The notes: generated from the letters alone by a model not told the origin. A stretch of 64,000 nucleotides of DNA from Psammoneis japonica (GCA_008632985.1 QPGO01000074.1:124001-188000), one strand, 5' to 3'; positions 26,551-39,351 are shown, counted from the stretch's first letter. Program-made: numbers and translations.

Positions 26551-28477
26551 CCACTCCAATGCCAGCCCCCACGGCAGGGCCCTTCTTGCACACAGGCAAT
26601 GCAGCATGCAATGGCACACACCCACATCCACAAAGAAAGACAAGTGGTCAATGCTCCCTGGAGGCCTGGTCCAACCTTTTGCTCCTTTGTGACAAATCTG
26701 GCCCTCCAACAAAGACAGGCGGAGCACCCTGCTTCCAGCCCGCATGTGTGGCAGATGGAAAACAGAAGTGCAGAAAAAGAGAAAAGAGGATGAGAGCACC
26801 AATCTTCAGCCAAGTTTGTTTGCAGTTTTCCAGTCACATTGTCAATGTGATGCCCCCAAGCCATCAGCAAATCTGGGGGGGGGGCAGGATGCTGTGAGCT
26901 CTTGTTCTCCAAGCAACCAGCAAAAAAAGTTTCAGACCCCAAAACAACATCATCTCACTTGATGAATTCAATGATGTCACTGGCATTGGGAACCTGCTCA
27001 TCTTTCACAAAATGACCCTCTCTCTCAAGGGCACAGCGCTCCTTTGCAGCCAACCATTGTGCTGAGTTTTTGGTGCTGGCACCAGGCAAAGAATTTGCCA
27101 CCAAGTCATTTGCTTTGAAATGCTGCAAGCTTGTCATCTTTCAAATGGTCCAGGTGCTTTTTCCATTTCTTTCTGTTGAGAGGAAGATTTCAACAAATTT
27201 CTCTTTCCAAGGTGAGGGACTGTGTGTGCCACCTCTTTGTGCATGGCTTTGATGTCTCAGCAGATGACATGGATGGACAGCATGGGCATGGTGGTGAACA
27301 GTGGATGATTCCAACAGATGTGCTTGATGGCAAGTGCACAAATGAGGGCAAGCTTGCATCAAAAATTCTCCAACTTTGCTGCAAACGTTGTGCAGGATTC
27401 TGTGTGATTGCTGAAAGACTGCCAACCAACAATGAAAAATGTCATTCTCTGCAACATGGATTGCAAAATGAGAACAGTGGCCTCACACAGAAATTCACAG
27501 CACAAAAGTTGGCAGAATCATGTCCACACAGTGGGGTGACATGATCAGCACCAGCACAAGACCTGGTTTGGCAAATTGAAGCTTCAGCTGAGTTGACACC
27601 ATGGCTGTGTGCACAATGGTGAAAGCATGGTGACAGCTTGGCTTCGACCATGAGCACAGCTGCACACATTGTTGAAGAGTGGGGTTCCTTTTCCACAAAT
27701 CTGGCTGAAGCAATGAATGCCAGTTTGTTCCATGACCAATGGCGTGCAGTTGCTGCCCTCTCAAAGGTGTTTCCCAGGGTGTGCTGGACAATGCGTGTGA
27801 ACAACAGCACACTTTTTTGCTGTTGAAAAATCTCAATGCTGAGAAAGCTTGTCAACGTTGGCTTTTGTCAGTTGCTGGACAACACCCCCAGTTGAAGTGG
27901 CGGACGAGAGCCTTTTTTCTTTTGAGACATGTTCTCAGCAGCTGCAAAAGCTTTGGACAAGCTCAAGAGCAAAGAAAAGTCCTGAAACACTGGGCTCCTC
28001 CTGAGCAATTTGTGTGGTGTGCAAATCTGCATGAGTTGTTGGAAACCCTGGCCCAAACAAAACACACATGATGCAATCAAAGTTGATGGACAAATGCACC
28101 AAAAAAAGGGAGGGGGGGGGGGGGAGAATTGCCCAAAGCAACAGCCTTTTTTCCTCTTGAGAAAGCAGCCAATTTTCAAAGACAAGCGTGCTCAATGTTC
28201 GCTCACACTCCAGTCTGTCTCACACGCATTTTGCTGTGCCTTGTTCAGCTCATCACACAGACCAAGCTTTCCATCAACACTGCATTGTTTGCACAGGCTC
28301 TTGTTGTTTGTGCAGTCTCGCTCAGATTTATTTGTGCGTTGACCTTTGGGCCTGTGCTGCGAACGCAGAGTGAGGTCGACGGAGGCACCTCCATCTGGAA
28401 GCAGACATACAGTACAGGTGGACAGGATAAGGCGCAGGTGCACGCACTCGTGGTGTCGGGCGGTGGGGGGTTGGGGC

Positions 28478-30041
28478 CAAGGATTTATAAGTCTGTCAGG
28501 ATGTACAAGCTGCGTAGAACGCGTGTTGCCATGCGTGGTCACCAGCCTCTAAGTAATCTTGACGGTGCGAACTCCGCCGTTAAAATAAATAAATTTATGT
28601 ATATTTTGTATATCCTCATTTTTTCAAGGGATCGCGCATCATTTTCATCAAAGCACCACACACCATGATAACCGGAGCGCCGCTTATTAGACTATTGACG
28701 ATCCTTTCAACAGTACCAACGCTATCTACTAGTCTTTATCTCCATATAGAAACAGCTTATGTTGCTTTTTCGAAGGTAAGCGGCCAATTGTAAGGTGAAA
28801 AAAGGATTTTGTATTGACACCACGGTTCGAGACTCATTATCGCTCTCTGTCGCAATCGAATTATATTGTGCTTTTGTTTCGGCATCTCACTCATTTTCTT
28901 TGACATGTTCGTCTTTATAACTCATATAGAGAAGCTGTTGAGCAATGTATCACCCCTATGGACGAACAATATCTCATAGTTTCGTGTCGGTGTCGACACC
29001 ATTTCTTTTCAACTCATGTTCTTCCTTATATCGGAACGGGGCTGTGGTGTGTCATACGCTCTCTTTTGGACTGAACCAAGCAAGCTACAGTTGATACTTT
29101 CACGAATAATGACAATTATAATGTGCAATGGGTTGGATATTGACGTCCATGACCTTGCCGAGTGCCGGTTAGTAGCACTCCCTCGTTCGGGGTTCGGGGA
29201 CCGAAAACTGGGGTAAATCTTGGTGGCGTGGAGACTCTGCGATTGGAATGCGAGCGAGCGGGCTGGAATCTCGTGCAGTTTACTTCTGAAGGATGTGTAC
29301 AATAAGGTATGTTTACATTTAAAGCAGTATTGATGCATCATGCATTTACAGTACCGGCATGACAAACAAACTAACAACATCATTCTCCATCTCTATCTTT
29401 CCCATCTAGGTGGTGTCTTATTTTTGATTCTTGGCCAGTGATGAGGGGCAATGCATAAAATTTTAGTGCTTCTCTCGGGCTTCAAGTAATGGACAATGCT
29501 TTGGACGAGACGCTTGCATCGTGTGTTTTGCGTCACGCGTATCCTTGCCAGCGGGCGACCCCAAAGTGGATCATTAGCGTGAATCAGCGCTTGTCGAAAC
29601 ACATGACAATTTGGCGAACTACAGCAGCATACATCATCACTCATCATTACAACAATCAATCAGTCATTGGGTTGATTGGCAATCGGCGGCAGATTTTAGA
29701 GCTACCATATTTGATATTCCATTTCGTCTCTGTCTTCATCCACGTACGCCGCCACCGCCCGCACCATCACATTTCGTGCCGTCTGTTATCCCCCCTCCAT
29801 AATGGCCATCACGTTTCGTGTGCCGTCTGTTTTCTCCCCTCCATCACGTTTCGTCTTCGAGGTATCTATGATATTTGTGCATGAATATTTATAAATGATA
29901 AGTTCGTCCCGTCAGAAGCCCTACGTAGACTGCCGTAAAACGCAGCACAAATTTTAACGGTGTTCGTACCACGCATGGCAACAGGCTCGTGCGTAGATTT
30001 GTACCGGAGCTTGTACATCCTGACAGACTTATAAATCCTTG
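28478..30041. mobile_element. Non-autonomous TIR DNA transposon (hAT- or P-like), 34-bp perfect TIRs, 8-bp TSD GTTGGGGC
   Basis: CAAGGATTTATAAGTCTGTCAGGATGTACAAGCT at 28478-28511, inverted at 30008-30041; gttggggc at 28470-28477 and 30042-30049; shared subterminal tgttgccatgcgtggt. Confidence 0.9.
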
Positions 30042-30281
30042 GTTGGGGCGGTGGCTGCCTTGCTTGGCGTTGGGGCGTTGGGCGAAGCATCAAGAAGCTC
30101 TGAAAAGCCTCGTCTCAAAAAAAAAGATCCAAGATCTTCTTTTGTATTCCCCGCGATCTACCGTAAAGCTCTTCATTCTCTTTTTGCGTTGCTCATAATA
30201 ACATACCGCAGGAACTAATAGAGGCCTATCGATTGAAAAACACAGCAGAAAAGCACTACCAGTGCAGTTACCAGGCAAGCA

Positions 30282-31286
30282 ATGAAACTCTTTCCCAAAT
30301 GTGCCTTGGCTTCAACCACGGTCGCCGAAGATCAGCAGTCCGGACTGGGTTTTGGGGCGATGGGTATCACCGCCTTTTATGGTGCTGCCATGCCCGACGA
30401 AGACGCCCTCAAACTTCTAAAGGCAGTCTACGACGGAGGGTGCAGGCACTTTGACACCGCCGAGCTCTACGCGAGTGGGGACAAGTACAACGAAGACGTT
30501 CTTGGTTCATTCTTTGCGACGGTACCGCGCGACTCGTATTCGGTGGCGACAAAGTACTGGCCCCTGGACGTTCCCGAAGTCTACTCTTACGAACACGTCA
30601 AAGAACATTTGGTGGCCAGCCTCAAGCGGCTCCAGCTCGACTTTGTGGATCTGTATTACGCTCACCGTGTCACATCTCTTGAAGGAGGCATTAAGTTTGC
30701 TGCGACCGCCAAACGCCTCAAGGAAGAAGGACTTATCAAAGAAGTGGGATTGTCCGAGGTGAGTGGTAAGTGGCTACGAGAAATCAACGACAAGGGCGGC
30801 AAAATTGACGCAGTCCAGCAGGAATGGAGCCTACTCACACGAAGCCTCGAGACGGAGCTCGTACCGGTTTGCAAGGAGCTTGGTATTCCGATTGTTGCGT
30901 ATAGCCCACTGTCCCGCAATTTACTAGCAAAGCGTCAGGAGGCGCCACCAGAGGACTTTCGCAAGGAACTGCCCCGCTACTCTAAGGAAAACCTTGAGGC
31001 CAACAACAAGCTCGTCGACAAAGTTCTCGAGCTTGCAGCCAAGTACGACGCGACAGCCGCCCAGGTGGCGCTGGCCTGGCTCTTTCACAAGGCCAAGGAA
31101 CTTGGAGTAACTGTTATACCGATTCCTGGCTCCACCAAGGAAAAGAACGCCCTAAGCAATCTTGGCAGTGTCAAAGTTAGCATTCTCGATGAGGATGCGC
31201 TAGTCTTGGAGGGTCTGGCCGAAAAGGTGGCCGGTGAACGCTATCAAGAGGCGCACATGACAATGTCCATCGAGCGTCAGTCTTGA
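30282..31286 (+). CDS. Aldo/keto reductase (AKR13/IN2-2-like)
   Basis: GLGFGAMG, HFDTAELY, VATKY, SLKRLQLDFVDLYYAHR, VGLSE, VAYSPL, IPIPGS. Confidence 0.93.
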   Translation: MKLFPKCALASTTVAEDQQSGLGFGAMGITAFYGAAMPDEDALKLLKAVYDGGCRHFDTAELYASGDKYNEDVLGSFFATVPRDSYSVATKYWPLDVPEVYSYEHVKEHLVASLKRLQLDFVDLYYAHRVTSLEGGIKFAATAKRLKEEGLIKEVGLSEVSGKWLREINDKGGKIDAVQQEWSLLTRSLETELVPVCKELGIPIVAYSPLSRNLLAKRQEAPPEDFRKELPRYSKENLEANNKLVDKVLELAAKYDATAAQVALAWLFHKAKELGVTVIPIPGSTKEKNALSNLGSVKVSILDEDALVLEGLAEKVAGERYQEAHMTMSIERQS

Positions 31287-31910
31287 AGTTAATGATTAAT
31301 CGCCATTGCTCTCTCCTCTTTTTAAGTGCTATTTCTTCACAGTAATTTTTAGGGTTGGGTTCACTGGTTCTAGGAATGGAAGGAGGAGGATGGGAAGAGA
31401 GCTGGGAACAATAAGCAAGATCTGGTGCTTGTTCGATTTCCTGTTTGTTTACCCGTCAAGGGTTGTACAACGACGGCTTGGTGGATCACGTTGACCTTAG
31501 CTACAAAAATTCATTTAATTCATTCCGTCCGACAAGTCATTATCGCGCTTTCCCTTTTCCGTGAGTACCCGGTACCGATAGGAATTGTACTACTGGTTAA
31601 CCCCCATGCGCTCGAGTGTACACGAGAGAATCGCGGCGTGGGGCTGCGGTTCGACGTCGGACTGACAAGCGCATCGACTAGACTAAGCTTCCACAAGTCG
31701 CATGATTGCGGAACTCTTCTTAAAGCAGCCCAAGTCTGGATCCTTAAGTTCTACGACGAGAAAGAAACTATTATCCTACGGTATCTTTATACCGGGGATC
31801 AACGGGTACGGAATAGGCTAGAAAGGGCAGCAACAAGATCAAGGCCGAGGTTCAACCTTTTCCACACGTTGGGCGTCTGGCGCTGGTCTAAACCGGAGGT
31901 ACAGCCGAGT

Positions 31911-33770
31911 TCATGAGAAAGCTATTTGAATGTCGTACCCTGGAGAATCTTGTAAAGCTTCAAGGAGAGCCAATCGAGACGGGTGGACGACGCGAGACCG
32001 ACAGAGATCTTCCCAAGAATCCCGAAGGGAGAAATTTTGTAGTGTTCGACACAAATCATTCAAGAGAAACAACGCCTGGTTCAATTGTTGCTGATAGTCT
32101 GGAATGTTCTCGAAGTTCACGCGAGTTTCCAACAGATGATCCAAACAGTTATTTGGATATCGCCAACGAAAGGTGACTTTAGCCGCTAGGACCTCCGGAG
32201 TATGTTCCTGACCCCTTTCTTCCAACTCTGTTCTCCACCGGAAGCATTCTCGCACCAAGACATTGGGTATCACTCGCTTTTGAGAATCTTTGGATTGCCG
32301 TCGACGTGATCGTCGAGGAGCAGGTGAGATGGATTCATCCAAGAAGCGGCCAATAGCACTGATCAGCGGGTGAACCCACAACAACAAGTCTTCCTTGGGC
32401 CGTGTTTTGATTTGTTCTGCCAATGCACGGGACAAAAACTCCAAATCTGCACCGTTCGTGCACTGAACCCCCATTTTATTCAACAACTCTGCAGTTACTT
32501 CTTGTTGTTGAGTTTCCAACAGGCCACAGAATCTTCCATGGATTCCTCGCGAGCGAAACTCTGTGTAACGTTGAAAGAAAAATGCATCCGCTATAGCCTC
32601 CTCGATGCCTATACCATCATCTGTCTCGCCAGTCAACAGCTTGGTACCCATGGATGATGGTGCTGCTCCCGTGTGTTGAATTAGCTCGTAGGCACACCAC
32701 CCGCGGGTGAAGTAATCTTTCGAAATGAGCCCCAGGAATATCATGGATTCGCAGATTCCGGCGATTTCTGTCAAGCAAGTGGCACGCAGCGCCCTTGACG
32801 CAGCGTCCTGGCCTTGAGGGATAGAGTAATAATCGTACCAAATCCGAACTTGCTATTGTCCACGCACAAAAAGTTGAATTGCAAAATGCAGTTCGTCACT
32901 TAGCAGAATTTTGCTCAGGGCCGAGTCTGTCGAGTCGTCGCCCCCAATGCCGTTCTCTTCCTCTCGCGACAATGTAGCAGGCCCATCTCTCCCCAATAGG
33001 ACTGACAGAACAGCTGGATCCCGAGCGATGATGTCTCTTGTCCGGTGTGGTTGTAGAAGAACATCAAGCCAATCTTGCATCCGTTGTCCAATTCTTTGAA
33101 TGAGTTTGGTCTGACTTCTGTCTGGGTCAGGATGATGGGGTGACATCCAACGGTGAGATACAAAAATGAATACTTCATCGGAAGATTCAGTCAGTTTTTC
33201 ATAGGGTGTCCCTGTCACAAACTCGTGGAGGGTAAGACTCCGGCTCACTCGGAATGCCCGTGGAACGTTCTCACCAGATGAGGCTTCCTTGACACGATCC
33301 AATTGGTGCTTTTCGAAGCCAACCAGATACCAAAGAATAAAATGAATCATTGATGTTGATAGTTGATGAACATGTGCGGCCTGAGCGATAGCAGGAAACA
33401 TTTCATAATTGGGAACGTGTGCGTCGAATTCGGGTGCTTTGTCTACCGTTAGGCCACTGCCTTCATACCCCAATAGAAATGCAGCGTAGCAGAAGAGTGC
33501 AGCATCCAAATTCACTCGCCCGCGTCGGTTCCATGAAACCCGCTTTTCCAAGTGTTCCAAAATGAAAAATATTTTGGTCAACACCACATCAGCCGTGCTG
33601 CTATCACTGCCGTTGTCCTCTTCAGATGGTTCCATAGAGTGGTCCCCAGTGGATCCATTCGCGCCATGGTTGTTCTCGCCTCCAGATGTGTCTGACTCGT
33701 CGCTAGCGTAAAAGTTTGCATCGTACTGAAACAGAATAATGTAGCAATCATCATCCGTAGGACTTGCCAT
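31911..33770 (-). pseudogene. HET/TIR-like domain protein interrupted by one in-frame TAG (32853-32855)
   Basis: FIFVSHRWMSPHHPDP ... *QVRIWYDYYSIPQ ... YFTRGWCAYEL; both ORFs are in the same frame. Confidence 0.6.
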
Positions 33771-34099
33771 GTGTCACTCAGTGAGTGATCATGTGGCCAA
33801 AATTCGAAAAACAGCTGTAGGGTCGCCGGAACATCATCTGTCGACGAGGAGTCGTCGTCCTCCTCCTTTCCCTGCCGCGGCCATTCTTCAGAGCACATTT
33901 GAAACATTCTTCAACCCATGTTTTACCGTTAGCTTGCCTTCTGAAATCTATCTCTGGGACATCATCCGACGGGTGATCTTGTGTCCCAGTGCCATTGCGG
34001 GATGTTCAGGAGATGGAGTCGAGTTGATCAGCGGAGATTGGGGGGCTCAGTTTTCAGTTTGCGCCAGCGAGGCATTGGCTTGAAATGCAGCTGGCGAAG

Positions 34100-35550
34100 G
34101 ATCGAAGCGGGAGGGTTGCAATGGGGGGGGCAGAAGAAAAGGGAGGGCCTGGTGTGGTGATGCGAGGTGGACCATTCAGTCAAAGTTGGTCAAGTTGATG
34201 GTTTTGAAGAAGTGGGCGTGACCAGGACATGGTGGGTGTGCTGGGACACGGTTTTGAGTGGAAATGTTTCTCAAAAAAGTTGGTGAGTGGGGAAGGGGGC
34301 ACAGGGTCCAGATGGGGTGGAAGAGCTGTTTTGCAGTGATGGAAAACTTGATGGAAGCACAGTGATTGTCTGGAGGTGGCCCAGGTGCACAGAGACTGGG
34401 CACAGAGAGCAGGAAGTGAGAAAGAGGATTGCCAGAAGATGTGGTGAGACCACGGGGGCAGAGCTGCAGAAGGAGCAGGCAAGTTGGTGAGCAACAAGGA
34501 GGGGGGCATGGCACCAGCCATGGTGGAGCAACAGCCAGTGCCGCTGGCTGCTGATGCAGGCACATGACAGAAGAGCAAGGTGCAGGGTGGCAAGGGTTGG
34601 GAGCGGGCAGCGAGGTGTCAGAACAAAAAGGCACCCCAGCATTGTTGAGTGTTTTGTTGGAAGGGAGAGGACCATGAGGTGTGACGGGAGCAGGGCCGTC
34701 AGGATGAAAGTTGCAAAACAAATGTTGGAGACTGGCTCATGCATGACAGTGGAGATGACACATGTGTGGAATGGGGAGCTCTTGGTTTGAGCATTTCAGA
34801 GTTGGCAGGATGATGAGAGGCTGCCCAGGTCATTGGTTTGTGGAGAGTTGCAGCTTTTTTTGTGGCTGGAAGGTTTGTGCAGAGAGGCAACACTGTCAAT
34901 GGCTGGCCAAAGAAACAGTGACTTGTGGTGATTTGGGGGATGAGGCCAGGTTGTCATTTGAATTTGGGAGAGACAGTGCTTGTTGCAGGGTGCTGGTGCT
35001 GACTGCGGGGCAAGTCTCAAGTCTGGGGGAGGAGAGAGCAGGAGCCAGATTTGGCGGTCGAGGTGGCGGTCTTGTCATGGCTGAGATGAACACCATGTTG
35101 GGGTCCAACAGTTGGGAGGTGTTTGAGGAACCATGGCAGTTCTGTGTGAGGGAGCCACACACCAGCATTGTCCATCAAACAGGCAGCAGTCGTGAGGTTG
35201 GTTGGAAGGGGAGGTGCTCACAGATGAAAGCTCGGAGTTTGGTTGTTTGAGAACAATGCTGAGGATGAGAGCAGCAAAGTGTGAGGTGAGAGGACAGCCT
35301 TGGCAAAAGTCTTCTGGCTGGAGGAAGGATTTCCAGGTGCCAGTGGGGTCACAACGCCAGCACATGTTGGGTGCACGGCAGAGGACGAGGTTAAAAATGG
35401 GTGTGAGTGAGATGACGGAACTGCTGGGTGAGGAGTGAGGATTCGGGGTCGGCAGGTGTCTCTGCAGCATTCATTGAAAAAGTTGTCCTGAGAGGAAAGC
35501 ATGAGAGGGCACAGTGCATTAACGTTGAAATAGAGGAGTTGTTCGACATT
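34100..35550 (-). mobile_element. Non-LTR (LINE-type) retrotransposon reverse-transcriptase remnant, hypermutated
   Basis: FFNECCR (D..NAFN-like), FLQPEDFCQGCPLTSHFAALIL (G..QGCPLS motif), degenerate YMDD region, G..L..DKT; TA/CG depleted. Confidence 0.7.
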
Positions 35551-35805
35551 GGCATGTGTGGCATGCACAAGGTCTCGACATGGACAGCAGTCGGAGTTTT
35601 TAGAGGATCGGCGCGAATTTCTCAAAACTGCCAAAACAGGCCCACAACATGATTTTCACAAAAAAGCTGTAAATCTCTCCAAATCACTCACATCCACGCC
35701 ACCGTGCGATTTCCTCTCTCATTGTCGTTTGTCGTTTCCTTCCACCTTGAACCTTCCGCATTCGACTTGAATAATCTCGAGAGTATAGAGAGAGTTGGTA
35801 GAGCA

Positions 35806-37509
35806 ATGAGCCCTCCGCCATCACGGACGGCTGAAGAAGAAATACATTCACAGGGACTGCCCTTGCTTCGACAGGCTGCAATTCATGCCAAAGATGCTGA
35901 ACGAATCCTCTTGAGTGGCTGGCCCCATAGTAATGATGGAAATGCCGATATTGTTTCCTATAGTCAAGTCCTGTCGTATGCTTCTCGAATCACAGATGTT
36001 CTCTTGTCTTTATCTCAATCTACTGCCAGTCCCACGAGTAGTAGTAGCCCCCGTTTGATTGCGCACTTGACGGTTCCAGGATGGGAGTATGTGGCATGCT
36101 TGTGGGGCACTTGGGCAGCAGGATATGGATCGGTGCCATTGGCCTTGTCACAAAAGGCTCCAGAGTTAAAACACGTGCTAATGGATGCACAGCCTCGCGT
36201 TATTTTGGTTGGAGGTGGGGTCGACGCTTCCAATAATCACAAAATGACGCATGTTCCATCCAACGAGAGCGAATTGATTCTGGCGGCAGAGCTTGCAGGA
36301 ATGTCGGATCGCGTCATTTACCTATCGAATATATTTAAAGACAAAAAACCGCCAACGACTACTACAATTCATTTGGGTTCTGGGGGGATTGTTCCAAGTC
36401 TCGATTCGCCAGCACTTGTATTGTACACGTCGGGGACCACAGGCCGCCCAAAAGGAGTATTATCGACGCACCGCAATGTCTATCATCAAGTAACTGATTT
36501 GGTATGTGCTTGGCAATGGCAAAGTTCGGATGTGGCACTGCATGTCCTCCCGCTGCACCATGTTCATGGTATAATCAACATCTTGTCGTGCGCGGCGTAC
36601 GTGGGTGCTAGATTGGAATTCCAAAAGTTTGATGCCAAGAGTCTGTGGCATCAGTGGTCAACAACAAGAGAGCTCTTGCCTCCTCCCACAGTCTTTATGG
36701 CTGTCCCTACCATTTACGCCAAACTACTGGAGGCCTCCGAGTCGATGGACGTTGACGTTGTCAAGTCCGCCGTTAAAACGACGCTTGGTCCCATGAGGTT
36801 AATGGTGTCGGGTTCGGCGGCGTTACCCGTGTCAATCATGGAAAAATGGAAAGCCCTGACGGGTCACACCTTGTTGGAGCGATATGGCATGACTGAATTT
36901 GCAATGGCACTTTCAAACCCATACGAACCCGCCTCGGCTCGACAGCGTGGTCATGTTGGTCTGCCACTCGCCTCTGTACAAGTTCGAATCGTAGATGAAG
37001 CCACTGGAAATGAAGTTGAACCCGGCTCGAGTGGCTTGTTGCAAGTTCGAGGACCAATCGTCTTTCAAGAGTACCTGAATAGGCCGGATGTCACCAAGGA
37101 AGCATTCACTGCCGATGGTTACTTTCAAACAGGGGATGTTGCAGAATTCAATATCGAGCTCCAGTCCTATCGAATACTTGGAAGAGCTTCCGTGGATATC
37201 ATCAAAATGGGAGGATATAAACTCTCTGCTCTAGAGATTGAACGGGACATTTTGGAACATCCCGATGTTGCAGAGCTTGCAATCATGGGGGTTCCGGACG
37301 AAACATGGGGCGAACGAGTAGGCATGCTTTGTCGAATGAAACCTGGCCACACGGAATTGACAGTGGACGCATTGAGAGAGTGGTGTGAAAGTCGCATGGC
37401 AAAATACAAAGTGCCATCTCGATTGGTACTTGTGGATGAAATCCCAAAGAACGCAATGGGCAAAGTAAACAAAAAGAGTCTTGTCGATCTGTTTCGTCAT
37501 ATGGAGTAG
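35806..37509 (+). CDS. ACSF3: ACSF3-like malonyl-CoA/acyl-CoA synthetase (start may lie further upstream)
   Basis: YTSGTTGRPKG, LHVLPLHHVHG, FMAVPTIY, LMVSGSAALP, LLERYGMTE, GYFQTGD, GRASVDIIK.GGYK.SALEIE, PKNAMGKVNK. Confidence 0.88.
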   Translation: MSPPPSRTAEEEIHSQGLPLLRQAAIHAKDAERILLSGWPHSNDGNADIVSYSQVLSYASRITDVLLSLSQSTASPTSSSSPRLIAHLTVPGWEYVACLWGTWAAGYGSVPLALSQKAPELKHVLMDAQPRVILVGGGVDASNNHKMTHVPSNESELILAAELAGMSDRVIYLSNIFKDKKPPTTTTIHLGSGGIVPSLDSPALVLYTSGTTGRPKGVLSTHRNVYHQVTDLVCAWQWQSSDVALHVLPLHHVHGIINILSCAAYVGARLEFQKFDAKSLWHQWSTTRELLPPPTVFMAVPTIYAKLLEASESMDVDVVKSAVKTTLGPMRLMVSGSAALPVSIMEKWKALTGHTLLERYGMTEFAMALSNPYEPASARQRGHVGLPLASVQVRIVDEATGNEVEPGSSGLLQVRGPIVFQEYLNRPDVTKEAFTADGYFQTGDVAEFNIELQSYRILGRASVDIIKMGGYKLSALEIERDILEHPDVAELAIMGVPDETWGERVGMLCRMKPGHTELTVDALREWCESRMAKYKVPSRLVLVDEIPKNAMGKVNKKSLVDLFRHME

Positions 37510-37562
37510 CACGAGTTGTTGGAACTTTCAACAAACCCGTCTCCAGCGGTCTATCATTATAG

Positions 37563-39351
37563 CTACTTTTTCTTCATCTTTTTCAACATTTTGTACTCAA
37601 ACGTGTTGTAGTCGAGCTGCAAATAGAATGTCTCCTTGACTGTCTGCCCCGATGGGTCCACGCTTCTGTCCTCGTGCAACTTCAATCTGTAAACAGGAAC
37701 GTCAGGGGTCGGGTTGAATCTATCCGTGAAGAACTGCTGCATACGGAGACGATCAGCATCGGAGAGTCTATTTGATTTCTGAAGCAGTTGTTTCCAGTCC
37801 TGAAGAGGAGCGGCTGGTGCCTGCGGTGCTGCAGACGGCACAGGTACTGGAGGAGGAGCAGCCTGTTGGGCGTTCGCCGCAACGTCGTTGGCTTGAGAAG
37901 CATGATTCGTGTCTGTAGAAGTCTGCTGCTGGTAGGCCAACAGTGCTGCAGAGGCCAGTGCCTGATCCGACTTGGCTGGTGGCGATTCCGCGGCGGCGGG
38001 CTCGGCGGGTGCTGGCTGACCGTTGTTGCTCGTGCTCTTTCCTTGTTCTGTCTTTTGCTTTTTGAGCCCCTCTGCTTTTTCCATTATCTTTCTCTTTCGT
38101 GCGCTCATTTTGCTCTCCTTACTCTCACGTTCCCTATGTTCTTTCGTAAGTCCTTCGACTTCTGCCACGTCAATCATTTTCATTTTCGATTTGTTCTTCC
38201 CATACTTCATTGCTCGGCCCGCAGATCCTCCCACAACGTCAGTGCCTCGACGAAGCGAGCCAGCAGTAGCTCGCGCTATACCAGGCGGACGACGACCTTT
38301 GGCGACAAGTGCCTGTGCAGATCCTGGTCTGCGAGTATGGACCCCGGTCTTTCTCATGTTCTAAGGAGAAGGAAAATGAAACAATTAGTGTGTAATGCCA
38401 GGCCAGCCCATCCACACACCGTAAAACGACAATACTTACCGCCAACTGCCGCCCCAATTGACCACGGCCTCCCATTGTTGGTTTCTTTGCCTGGATAAAC
38501 ATGGAGCTCTTTGGCGCTGCTGCCTTTGGCTTTCCAGTTGTTGTGGTTGTCGGGCGAGTAGTACTTGTAGAGCCCGCCGCCGTTGTTTTTTCTGGAGGCT
38601 GTGGTCTAGATGCAGGTTTTGCCCCTGAGGATGGCTGAACCGTCTTTGATCGAGCTTTCATCAGTGCCTGCTCTCTTTCTTCTTCTTCGGCCTTGGCATT
38701 TTCCAGCTTTTTATCAAGGTTAAGGACATCCGCGTCCCAGTTGACATTGAAATGTGGATTGGTCAAACATTCTGGAACCGCTTGCTCCAGACTTTTTGAA
38801 TCCAATAGAGAGTATCGGTAGGGAACAAAAAGAGGATCCATATCAGCTTTCCACAATAAAGAGGCTTCATCATCCTTTGTGTCTGTTTCTGCTTCGTGAG
38901 TTTGCACTCGTTGAACAATATCTTTGCAAGTTTCCTTCAGCAGCGCCCGAGCTTCCTCCCCTCGACAGCTCTCGTTATTATTTTCTGGATCAAAGAACAT
39001 AATTCCGCGTACTATCCCTGCCATTATTCTCACCCACTCTTCATGAGTCGACTCTTCCTGCAGTTTGGATAGAATGTCCGTGTAAACCACTTCGTCAACG
39101 GCAGACGAGTTTTCCAATCCCAACAGCCCAACGAGTACGCGTAACTGAATGACCTTGTCCATTCTCGGTAATACCTTGGAGATGAGCTCAAGATATCTTT
39201 CAGGCGATGACGACCGCAGAGCCGTCGTTGTGACAGCCTTGGCAATGTCCAGAGAGGAAAAGGGAGCCCGCAGTTTCGACTCGACCTCAATCAGAAAGGC
39301 ATCGAGATCTTCCTTGGGCTCGCCGTTTGAAGTTCCATTTTCTGACGACAT
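37563..39351 (-). CDS. NELFA: Negative elongation factor A (NELF-A)-like protein; exons 39351-38440 and 38360-37563
   Basis: N-terminal MDKVIQLRVLVGLL...EEWVRIMAGIV; low-complexity middle; C-terminal LSDADRLRMQQFF...NPTP...LKLHE...LDYNTFEYKMLKK; 79-bp GT-AG intron. Confidence 0.6.

Larger units (their letters stand above)
21630..28400. other. Large TpA/CpG-depleted block of decayed repeats and gene fragments
   Basis: Near-absence of TA and CG, strong TG/CA excess; contains a Harbinger transposase remnant, a dispersed repeat and an N gap. Confidence 0.75.

Noticed and set aside
21630..28400. Classical fungal RIP or CpG methylation decay as the sole explanation
   Set aside because: RIP increases TpA. 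CpG decay cannot turn Tyr codons or TTAA into TG/CA forms, though it does contribute in the older blocks.
37788..38498. Long antisense ORFs (also 41831-42886, 8679-9236)
   Set aside because: They are shadows of genes on the opposite strand.
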